Under the pieces are notes generated by a model, which did no database searches, had not been told where the DNA came from, and saw only the letters and a list, made by a program, of their open reading frames with translations. This document shows positions 57,235 through 64,000 of a DNA stretch of 64,000 nt, one piece after another. The stretch spans positions 62,001-126,000 of the IMG/VR virus record IMGVR_UViG_3300044633_003049; one strand, written 5' to 3'. Each line of letters starts with the position of its first letter. Within the stretch, counting starts at the first letter, position 1. The position numbers and the translations under genes were made by a program.

Positions 57235-58080
57235 TTAAATAAATATCTTGTTAATCTCATTTAATACGATATTTTCCACATCTTTATGTAGAATTCCGTA
57301 TTTTTTTGATATTTCCTTAATGGATTCTTGTAATTCATCGTCTTCGTGTATGAATTCAATTGCACCAGTGTCACCTTGGTTACAATAAGGGAATTTCTTA
57401 CACTTCTCTTTAACTTTTACAAAAACACTATCAGGACCTCCCCATTTAGGGAAATTCCTATCTGTAACCGCTCTACCTTTGTAGATACTTTTAGGTCCGT
57501 CTATTTTTAATGGATTTTTACGTCCACCTTTAGTTGTTTTACCAAATGCCGGAACATCAAATTGTCCAGCGTCACCTGCGGTCACTTCTTTAATCTCTTC
57601 CTCTTCAGTAAGGTTTAGATTAGGTATACTTGAAATTGGTCTTTTAACCACTTTTGATTTACCAAACAAAGGACCACTAAATGATCCTGAAGAGTCTGCA
57701 CCAGTTTCTTTAACCTCTTCCTTTTTCTTTTTTGTCATATTCACAACCCACAATTTTGGGTTAATCCCTTTGTCAATTAATCCCGCCAATCTTGTATTAC
57801 CACCTAAAAGATGATAATCATTATCCCCAAATTTAACCACCATTGGTATTTCTACTTTACCCTTTTTAAATGCTTTATTAAATCTTTCCTTTTTTTCGTC
57901 TTCTAATGTGTCAAAATCTAAATCAACATTCTTTAACACATCTTTAATCTTATTGTAATTGGTAATATCGTAATCGTTTGATGCAATATCTTTCCAACCA
58001 TCCTTACCCATTTTTTCAAATTCACGGTAACGAAGTGCTTCCATCCACTCATGGTCAATATTTGGTTTAAGGTACTTCAT
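57235..58080 (-). CDS. Protein with ParB/Srx-like domain and Cys-containing C-terminal motif
   Basis: Likely start 58080 (MKYLKPN); PMVV...YHLLGGNTRLA; CKKFPYCNQG. Confidence 0.5.
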   Translation of the reverse strand: MKYLKPNIDHEWMEALRYREFEKMGKDGWKDIASNDYDITNYNKIKDVLKNVDLDFDTLEDEKKERFNKAFKKGKVEIPMVVKFGDNDYHLLGGNTRLAGLIDKGINPKLWVVNMTKKKKEEVKETGADSSGSFSGPLFGKSKVVKRPISSIPNLNLTEEEEIKEVTAGDAGQFDVPAFGKTTKGGRKNPLKIDGPKSIYKGRAVTDRNFPKWGGPDSVFVKVKEKCKKFPYCNQGDTGAIEFIHEDDELQESIKEISKKYGILHKDVENIVLNEINKIFI

Positions 58081-58319
58081 TATCTCACACCTTTTAATGC
58101 ACTTTCCCAAAATCCCTTTCTCTGCCACAAGGTCTTAAAAAGTTCAACAACCACTTTAGTTGAAAGGTCAACGATTTTATCATCTATTTTTTTGGTACCT
58201 AACTCATCTTGAATCATTTTAACAACGATTCTTGTGGCTTGGGTTGAATCCATAAAATCTTTAATCTCCCTTTTGGTGATTCTTTCTATTTCTTTTTTAT
58301 CTTGGTCTGTTAATGCCAT
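58080..58319 (-). CDS. Hypothetical protein
   Basis: Coupled ORF. Confidence 0.65.
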   Translation of the reverse strand: MALTDQDKKEIERITKREIKDFMDSTQATRIVVKMIQDELGTKKIDDKIVDLSTKVVVELFKTLWQRKGFWESALKGVR

Positions 58320-58846
58320 TATATGTTATTATCTCTTTGATTTATTAATGGTTCAATTGATGTTTTGAATGTTTCATCAAATTTCGCCAATTTTTCTAAC
58401 GCTGTTGCAACATTTTGTTCAAGTTTCAACATATCAGCATTAATATAAACACCACTTTCGGTTCCAGCGATAAAAACAAAGTTAATATCTTCATCTGGTA
58501 AATAACCATCCAATCTGATTTGGTCTTGGTTAATGGTCATCCCTGGGTCAAATTCTGCTATTTGTGAAACTTGTTGTTTGAAATTATCAATTAAACCTGA
58601 AATTGTAGTTTTTTGTGTTTCACTCAATGTCATGTCAGCTTGATCTGTAGATAATAACTTAACATCAACATTATTAATTACTGTAACGTCATTTTTTTGT
58701 TCTTGACTTGCATCATCAGATAATGTAGATTCGAACTCAGCAACCTCATTAATTGATTGTTTTGATATTTTAGATTCTGTTATAGACCTAATGGTCTTTA
58801 ACATATTCTTGGTTACATCATAATCTGTTTTCATTTTCATTTGCAT
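58319..58846 (-). CDS. Hypothetical (probable virion) protein
   Basis: Likely start in the MQMKMK region; N-terminal ITE/INE segments; TATTTATA at 58889-58896. Confidence 0.55.
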   Translation of the reverse strand: MQMKMKTDYDVTKNMLKTIRSITESKISKQSINEVAEFESTLSDDASQEQKNDVTVINNVDVKLLSTDQADMTLSETQKTTISGLIDNFKQQVSQIAEFDPGMTINQDQIRLDGYLPDEDINFVFIAGTESGVYINADMLKLEQNVATALEKLAKFDETFKTSIEPLINQRDNNI

Positions 58847-59441
58847 AATTAAAAAAGACCCCAAAATTAAAAGAAGGGTTTATATCTGTATAAATACTTG
58901 AAAAGTTGGATTTACATACTATTCCTTTGAAATTAGATATGTTTTCTAAATATCCTTGGGACGGTACGGTTTGTTTTGGTATTTCGTGTTTATCACATAG
59001 GGAATCACATAGTTCAGATAGTGAATTCATTTGGATTTCAGTGTACTTATCCCAAAAATAGTAGTTTCTCCAATTACGTATATGGGGTTCTGACCTATAT
59101 GGGTCTCCAATCCAATTATTAAGGACACCAGTGATGGTGTTCTTATTCAACCAACCCAAGTTCTCAATTGCTATTTTAATCATCCTCTTATCGTTCTGTG
59201 AGTCATTAAACGTATTAGAACTATAGTTGGTATCAAACAATTGATATGTACTACCTAATTTTGTAACTATAAAATGTGGGATGTCATCAAACTTACCATT
59301 ATTACGATGTTCAATTTTATTAACAAAGTCGTCAAATCTTCTTTGTGTATCGTATAGGAATATTTGAGTTTTTTTAGATTTTCTTTTATTAATAATTAAA
59401 CTATTATAATCTATTTTTTCTATTTCGTGTATTACTAACAT
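58818..59441 (-). CDS. Amidase_2 (N-acetylmuramoyl-L-alanine amidase)-fold protein, Zn ligands degenerate
   Basis: PHFIVTKLG..YQL, I.IAIENLG, YTEIQMNSL..L...L, TDINP; expected His ligands read LYDT and VCKS. Confidence 0.65.
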   Translation of the reverse strand: MLVIHEIEKIDYNSLIINKRKSKKTQIFLYDTQRRFDDFVNKIEHRNNGKFDDIPHFIVTKLGSTYQLFDTNYSSNTFNDSQNDKRMIKIAIENLGWLNKNTITGVLNNWIGDPYRSEPHIRNWRNYYFWDKYTEIQMNSLSELCDSLCDKHEIPKQTVPSQGYLENISNFKGIVCKSNFSSIYTDINPSFNFGVFFNYANENENRL

Positions 59442-59649
59442 TTTTCTTAATGAATTTAGGACCTAAATCAGTTAGTGGTGAGTTAAGAGTTATATCCTCA
59501 TTTGGTATTATAACCTTATTATTTTCCAAATCATATAGTACTTGGTTTGGATTTACGTCATCTTTTTCCCAATATAAATTATCAGAATCTTGAGATTCTA
59601 ACGTTGGGACGTTTTTTTCCGTTATTGGAATTTGGGGGTCTACTAATTT
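59404..59649 (-). CDS. Start-less ~80-codon ORF, probable -1 frameshift extension of 59643-61010
   Basis: Open -1 frame begins inside the A10 run (KLVDPQIPITEKNVP...RNRKNRL*); TGA just upstream; no ATG. Confidence 0.5.
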   Translation of the reverse strand, partial: KLVDPQIPITEKNVPTLESQDSDNLYWEKDDVNPNQVLYDLENNKVIIPNEDITLNSPLTDLGPKFIKKNVSNTRNRKNRL

Positions 59650-61010
59650 TTTTTTTCATCATTTTTTTCTAATGATGTGTCTTCTTCATTGTCGTAATGT
59701 AACCCTTCATTTCCATTCTGACCTATAATGTTCATTCTTTCGTCATCTTTAGGAATTTGACTTACTTTATAACCATTCTTTTTATGTTGTTCAATTGTTG
59801 TGAATATTTTATTATTTGCGGTTGTTGTTGGTTCTTCTTGTAAAATATTCTCTGTTTCAGGTTCTATAGTGGAAAAATTTCTTTTAATTTCTTCTTCAGT
59901 TGGTTCTTCTTGTAAAATTTTCTCCGTTTCTTCTTCAGTAAAGAATGGTTCTTCATCTTCTAAACCATCCATTAAAGTAACATCCCAATCTGATGTATCG
60001 TCATATAAACCTAATTCTTGGTCGTTCTTCATCATCTCCGCTAATAGTTCTCCACGTTTTTCACGTTCAATATCTGTCTTCATTTTATAATATTCGGCAG
60101 CAGATTTTAAATTGTCATTTGGTTTTGGTGGATTTAATAAAGTTTCTTCTAACTTCATTAAATCGTTTTCAGTTAAATGTAATCTTGTGGTTTCATCAAC
60201 AAAGTTTTTTAAATCTTCCGGAGACGATGGTTCTTTTTCATCCTCATCTTTCTTCTTACCTTCCATGGTTAATTGATTGAATGAAATAATTAACGCAACC
60301 GCCAATGGATCAAACACAATCACAATTAAAATTATAAAGAATTTAACAACAGAATTAAGTGGTACACCGAAAGATTCTGCTACAAAACGAAACCCCCCTA
60401 CTTCTTTTTCTAATTCAATATTATTATTTTTAATAACATTAATTGAATCTAATGATGCGTTGTTTTTTATTGTTAATTCATCAATTCTTTTTGAAATAGA
60501 ATTAATTTCTTTATCTGCGGATTTAATCATTTGAGACACTCTAGATGTTGATTTATCCTTATCAATTTGTTTGGTTAAATTTGTCTCTTGTGAATTACGA
60601 ATATTTTGTTGATTGTTTAATTGAGTGGTGTAACGAGATATTTCTAAATCATTTTTAGTAATTTGTGTTTGGTAAACTGCAATGTCTCTTTCAATTTTTT
60701 GTAATCCTAAATTTTGTTGTTGGAATGCATTTGAAAGATAACCGAAGATACCTGCAGATGTGATTAACATTAAAATAACAACGGAGGTGGTTAAATAAAT
60801 TTTACTAAGTAACTCTATTTTTTCCCACTTTTGTTTTAAATAAGTTGCGGTAACTAACTTTGCAAATTCTAATGAACTTGCCATAATCATAACGGCAATT
60901 GCAGCACCACTAAATAAAACACCAAGACCAGTTACTGAAAAATATGCAGCACTACCCGCAATCATAATAGCCGCCAGTGCAACCAAATACTTTAACCAAT
61001 TATTATTCAT
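59643..61010 (-). CDS. Membrane protein: 3 N-terminal TMs, coiled coil, TM, acidic tail
   Basis: AAYFSVTGL, SLEFAKLV, ITSAGIFGYLS, IVFDPLAVAL. Confidence 0.75.
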   Translation of the reverse strand: MNNNWLKYLVALAAIMIAGSAAYFSVTGLGVLFSGAAIAVMIMASSLEFAKLVTATYLKQKWEKIELLSKIYLTTSVVILMLITSAGIFGYLSNAFQQQNLGLQKIERDIAVYQTQITKNDLEISRYTTQLNNQQNIRNSQETNLTKQIDKDKSTSRVSQMIKSADKEINSISKRIDELTIKNNASLDSINVIKNNNIELEKEVGGFRFVAESFGVPLNSVVKFFIILIVIVFDPLAVALIISFNQLTMEGKKKDEDEKEPSSPEDLKNFVDETTRLHLTENDLMKLEETLLNPPKPNDNLKSAAEYYKMKTDIEREKRGELLAEMMKNDQELGLYDDTSDWDVTLMDGLEDEEPFFTEEETEKILQEEPTEEEIKRNFSTIEPETENILQEEPTTTANNKIFTTIEQHKKNGYKVSQIPKDDERMNIIGQNGNEGLHYDNEEDTSLEKNDEKKN

Positions 61011-61013
61011 ACC

Positions 61014-61829
61014 TTATAAATAGTTTAAGAGACCAAAACTTTCGTTTCTTAGTTTCTTAATAGCCTTATCACGTAATTGTCTTATACGTTCTTTAGTACA
61101 ACCAAACTCCTCACCTAAATCTTCCAAGTTAGATTCTATACCCGTTAACCCATAATATCTTTCAATGATTATTTTTTCTCTATCATCCAACACACTTAAC
61201 ATTGCTGAAACTTTTTTCTTTATTTCTTCCGGTGAATTAAGAATGGCGTCAGGACTTTCAGCCTCTCTATTAGGTATAACATCAATTAATTGGTCACCAT
61301 CTTCATTAATTTCTTTATATAAACCAATACAGTATGGGAGATTAACACCGATTGGTGTTTCATCTTCAACATTGTTTATGAAGAAATTATCTTCTTCACT
61401 TATTTCAATTTTCTTTTGTTTTTGAGCATCTTGTACTAAATTTGAAGGTATACGAATTGTTCTACAGTTTTCATTTAGAGATGCCATTATTGATTGTCTA
61501 ACCCACCACACCGCGTATGAAATAAATTTTAAACCAGTCGTCGGGTCAAATCTTTCCGCCGCTTTAATTAAACCAATATTACCTTCTGAAATAATGTCCA
61601 ACAAATCCATTCCCTGATTTTGAAACATTTTAGCCACAGATATTACAAATCTTAAATTACCAACAACCAATTCATTATAAAGTTTTCCTCTAGTTTCTTT
61701 ATCTGTTTTTTTATTGTTTAATAATTCAAAAACTTCTTCCTGTCTTTGATGTGACATTACAGGAATTTTTCGTAAATCTTTGATATACAATTGAATCTCG
61801 TCTGGATTAACTAAAATGGATTTTTTCAT
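61014..61829 (-). CDS. rpoD: RNA polymerase sigma-70 factor, Bacteroidetes RpoD-like (no region 1.1)
   Basis: NLRFVISVAK.FQNQG, EGNIGLIKAAERFD, KFISYAVWWVRQSI, region 4 TKERIRQ. Confidence 0.9.
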   Translation of the reverse strand: MKKSILVNPDEIQLYIKDLRKIPVMSHQRQEEVFELLNNKKTDKETRGKLYNELVVGNLRFVISVAKMFQNQGMDLLDIISEGNIGLIKAAERFDPTTGLKFISYAVWWVRQSIMASLNENCRTIRIPSNLVQDAQKQKKIEISEEDNFFINNVEDETPIGVNLPYCIGLYKEINEDGDQLIDVIPNREAESPDAILNSPEEIKKKVSAMLSVLDDREKIIIERYYGLTGIESNLEDLGEEFGCTKERIRQLRDKAIKKLRNESFGLLNYL

Positions 61830-61877
61830 GTGGTGTAAGTTTAAGTGGATGGATAGTACTAAGATATGAAATATATC

Positions 61878-62324
61878 TTAATTTTCAAAATTGTCAAGGA
61901 AGTTTTTTTCTTCTATTGTAAGGCTCTCAATTCCAGATTCTTCTATTTTTTCAAGTAATCTGTCTAAATCTAAAGTTTCCCTTTTTTTATTTTTCTCATA
62001 ATCTACCCTAATAATCGTATTATCAATAGTTGGGGTGAAAATTAAATCTTTGATTTGTTGGGGTAGATGAGCCGTGACCATATTTTCTCTTTGGAATAAG
62101 AAATAAAATTTAATATGTTCGTCAATTAATATTGTATATAATTCTCGGTCGACCTCTATTGGTTCCATTTCAGAATCAAATATTACTATTATATTCTCTG
62201 AATTTTCTATAATGAATCTAATTGATTTGATGACCTTGCTTTCACCTATAACATCAGTACAAAAATACTCGATATCCTCATGGTCATCGAACATACCAAA
62301 AATAAATAATACGTATGTATTCAT
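61878..62324 (-). CDS. Hypothetical protein with C-terminal DUF6576-like motif
   Basis: LDRLLEKIEESGIESLTIEEKNFL. Confidence 0.55.
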   Translation of the reverse strand: MNTYVLFIFGMFDDHEDIEYFCTDVIGESKVIKSIRFIIENSENIIVIFDSEMEPIEVDRELYTILIDEHIKFYFLFQRENMVTAHLPQQIKDLIFTPTIDNTIIRVDYEKNKKRETLDLDRLLEKIEESGIESLTIEEKNFLDNFEN

Positions 62325-62331
62325 TTATGTG

Positions 62332-62979
62332 TTATTTTTTGAGTTTAACTTTCCAATAAACACCTCCACCGATAAATGGAACCAATTTTCCATTAGTCCC
62401 TTCGTCATCAACTCTATTCGTTACTCCAACACCTAATCTATACATATGTCTATCGTCTTTATTTTTAAATAAAACACTGATACCTACAATATTGATTACA
62501 TTCGGTTTGTCAAATTTTGCGTCAATACCGAGGTACATTTCATTCTGTCTTGGTATTGGTGTGTACATTGTGTCTCTAACAATTTTTTGTTTTACGTCAC
62601 TTTTAAATGAGCGACCGACTATTCTACTATTAGATATTGTATCAAATAAAGTAACCGTTCCTATATTGTTTGGTAATTTAAGAACGTCTTTCTTAAACAT
62701 TTTCATTCCAATTGCATTTAATAATGCCGTCGTGTCAATTGGTTTATCTACCGGTACAGTATCGTGAACTGCATATGGAATCTGTACTTCTACGGGTATC
62801 TCAACTTCCACAAGAGACTCAACTTCTACCGTATCATGAACAGGGACTTCAAATCCAACCGTATCTCGTATTAAAACCGTTCTATTTGGCATTATACCCT
62901 TAGGATTAAGAAATTCTAAAATACATATTAATAATAAAATTAATATTATTATATGTCTGATGTCAAAAATTTTCTTCAT
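62332..62979 (-). CDS. Envelope protein: N-terminal TM, DT-rich linker, C-terminal beta strands (lysis/spanin-like)
   Basis: HIIILILLLICIL; repeated xxDT(V/I/M/T); terminal GGGVYW. Confidence 0.5.
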   Translation of the reverse strand: MKKIFDIRHIIILILLLICILEFLNPKGIMPNRTVLIRDTVGFEVPVHDTVEVESLVEVEIPVEVQIPYAVHDTVPVDKPIDTTALLNAIGMKMFKKDVLKLPNNIGTVTLFDTISNSRIVGRSFKSDVKQKIVRDTMYTPIPRQNEMYLGIDAKFDKPNVINIVGISVLFKNKDDRHMYRLGVGVTNRVDDEGTNGKLVPFIGGGVYWKVKLKK

Positions 62980-62980
62980 T

Positions 62981-63397
62981 TTACTTAAGAAGATAAAGAG
63001 ATGTCATTATTATACCTGCAAAACTTCCAACCTTATAAAGAAACGTTTTTCTTCTTTGTCCTTTTAATTCTTTAAATAAACTTTCAGATTTTTGTCTTTC
63101 TAATCCAAATTGCTCATCTTTTTTAGTGATGATTAATTCAAGATTACCGATTTTTTGTTCTTTTAATGAATCCTTTTGTTTGTATAAACCAATTTGTTCA
63201 TCTTTTAATGATACAACTTTATTTAATTCAACAACTTCAGCAACGGCACCGTCACCTTTCATAAGGTCTTTGATAACTAATTTAGCTACCGGTACTTTTA
63301 ATGCTACGATAGTGTCTACGTTAGTTTTTGTAACGGTCTGAGAAAAACTTTTCAAGGTCACTAAAGTTATAATTGTTAACAGAATCAATTTTTTCAT
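62981..63397 (-). CDS. Secreted coiled-coil protein with hydrophobic C-terminus (spanin-like)
   Basis: Signal peptide MKKLILL...SFS/Q; coiled coil; VGSFAGIIMTSLYLLK. Confidence 0.55.
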   Translation of the reverse strand: MKKLILLTIITLVTLKSFSQTVTKTNVDTIVALKVPVAKLVIKDLMKGDGAVAEVVELNKVVSLKDEQIGLYKQKDSLKEQKIGNLELIITKKDEQFGLERQKSESLFKELKGQRRKTFLYKVGSFAGIIMTSLYLLK

Positions 63398-63659
63398 GTG
63401 TTTGGTTTTTAATAATAGTTATGTTTTTGGTAACGTTATTTACATTTGCATCGACTTTATCTATTTCTTTGTCGATGATAACCATTTGTTCGTTTAATTT
63501 AAGATTTTCATAATGAACAGAATCTATTTCATTTTGGATTGAATCTATTTTTTGGTTGTACCCCGCAACATCGGTTCTAATCCCGTTTGTTGTAAAAATA
63601 TTCCAAGCGGCCAAAACGATAATTATAACTAATAAAATGTTGGATTTATTTATCTTCAT
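63321..63659 (-). CDS. N-terminal TM plus coiled coil (i-spanin-like)
   Basis: ILLVIIIVLAAW then heptads; overlaps the next gene by 77 nt. Confidence 0.55.
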   Translation of the reverse strand: MKINKSNILLVIIIVLAAWNIFTTNGIRTDVAGYNQKIDSIQNEIDSVHYENLKLNEQMVIIDKEIDKVDANVNNVTKNITIIKNQTHEKIDSVNNYNFSDLEKFFSDRYKN

Positions 63660-63672
63660 ATCTATGTTTTAT

Positions 63673-63680
63673 TATAAATA
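63673..63680 (-). promoter_or_regulatory. TATTTATA putative phage promoter
   Basis: Between the clpP terminator and ATG 63659. Confidence 0.55.
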
Positions 63681-63685
63681 TGAAG

Positions 63686-63707
63686 AAAGGGGGTTTTATC
63701 CCCCTTT
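63686..63707 (-). terminator. Intrinsic terminator after clpP
   Basis: AAAGGGGG-TTTTAT-CCCCCTTT hairpin. Confidence 0.75.
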
Positions 63708-63709
63708 AC

Positions 63710-64000
63710 TTACTTTTTCTTCTTTTTAACTATTTCGTCAATAATTCCATAGGAAAGTGCGTCTTCCGCATTTAACCACAAATCCCTTGAAGCGTCATTT
63801 TTAACCTGTTCTGCGGTTTTTCCACAATATTCACCTAATAATGTGAATAGAATTTCATTCACCTTTCTCCACTCTATCATGCTGATTTCAGCGTCTTGGA
63901 TGTTTCCAACTGCCCCACCTGATGATTGGTGTAACATGGTTTGGGAAAACCTCAATGACCCTCTTTTACCTTTGGTACCAGCCCCTAATAGGACCGAACC
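63710..64000 (-). CDS. clpP: ATP-dependent Clp protease proteolytic subunit (3' part; 5' end beyond window)
   Basis: Frame extends to the window edge: GSVLLGAGTKGKR...MLHQ...RDLWLNAEDALSYGIIDEI. Confidence 0.92.
   Translation of the reverse strand, partial: GSVLLGAGTKGKRGSLRFSQTMLHQSSGGAVGNIQDAEISMIEWRKVNEILFTLLGEYCGKTAEQVKNDASRDLWLNAEDALSYGIIDEIVKKKKK

Noticed and set aside
7713-58864. ORF-track starts at 8516, 26554, 53611, 55294, 58128 and 58864
   Set aside because: Longest-ORF artefacts overlapping neighbours or promoters; downstream ATGs (8450, 26527, 53662, 55246, 58080, ~58846) fit coupling and motifs better
59582-59662. 26 aa ORF MMKKKISRPP... in the third frame over the slippery site
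   Set aside because: Very short and leaves most of the gap unexplained; the -1 frame fills it completely
1-64000. Stop-codon reassignment, as in some huge phages
   Set aside because: Genes are full length in code 11; TAG and TGA end genes at sensible coupled positions; read-through of TAG at 59643 adds only six codons
1-64000. Origin as a eukaryotic giant virus or a bacterial O-antigen/capsule locus
   Set aside because: Sigma-70, NusG, intrinsic terminators and an S74-chaperoned fibre indicate a phage; no flippase, polymerase, initiating transferase or export genes are present
1-64000. tRNA, rRNA, introns or inteins
   Set aside because: Intergenic gaps are short and AT-rich with no cloverleaf seen; the GT7 inserts lack intein terminal residues and look like LamG

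Overview
AT-rich, densely coding, almost entirely minus-strand segment of a large (jumbo/huge) tailed phage, most likely infecting Bacteroidota. Host evidence: a Bacteroidetes-type RpoD-like sigma, an Hc1-like protein, a DUF6576-like tail, no Shine-Dalgarno signals, TAnnTT-type promoter elements, a Gln-after-signal-peptide protein and D-S/T-hydrophobic sequons. Three blocks. (1) 1-26.5 kb is a large glycan synthesis and tailoring island: NDP-sugar dehydrogenase and epimerase, minimal ThDP E1 alpha/beta pair, DegT aminotransferase next to an amidinotransferase, 2OG-Fe(II) oxygenase, two twitch-type radical SAM enzymes, two GT7 galactosyltransferases with a LamG domain inserted inside the catalytic fold, GT11/23-like, GT2-like and DxD GTs, a methyltransferase, five copies of a GT10-like 'TEK' domain and four SGNH proteins. 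(2) 26.5-50 kb encodes virion fibres: four giant proteins with proline-free Gly-X-Y repeats full of N-G-T/S sequons, two Pro/Thr mucin-like adhesins and an array of six small tip proteins. (3) 50-64 kb holds host-takeover, head and lysis genes: glutaredoxin, thioredoxin, AAA ATPase, NusG, Dam-like MTase, Hc1-like protein, degenerate amidase, sigma-70, spanin-like trio and ClpP. The best candidate new system is a phage-encoded virion glyco-armouring pathway, with lectin-targeted enzymes and aminoglycoside-like amino/guanidino-sugar chemistry encoded next to heavily glycosylatable fibres. Also found: a probable -1 frameshift at 59647-59656, a TATTTATA promoter class, and two genes missing from the ORF track (1-2025, 53513-53665). 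All family calls come from motif recognition by eye; no database search was run.
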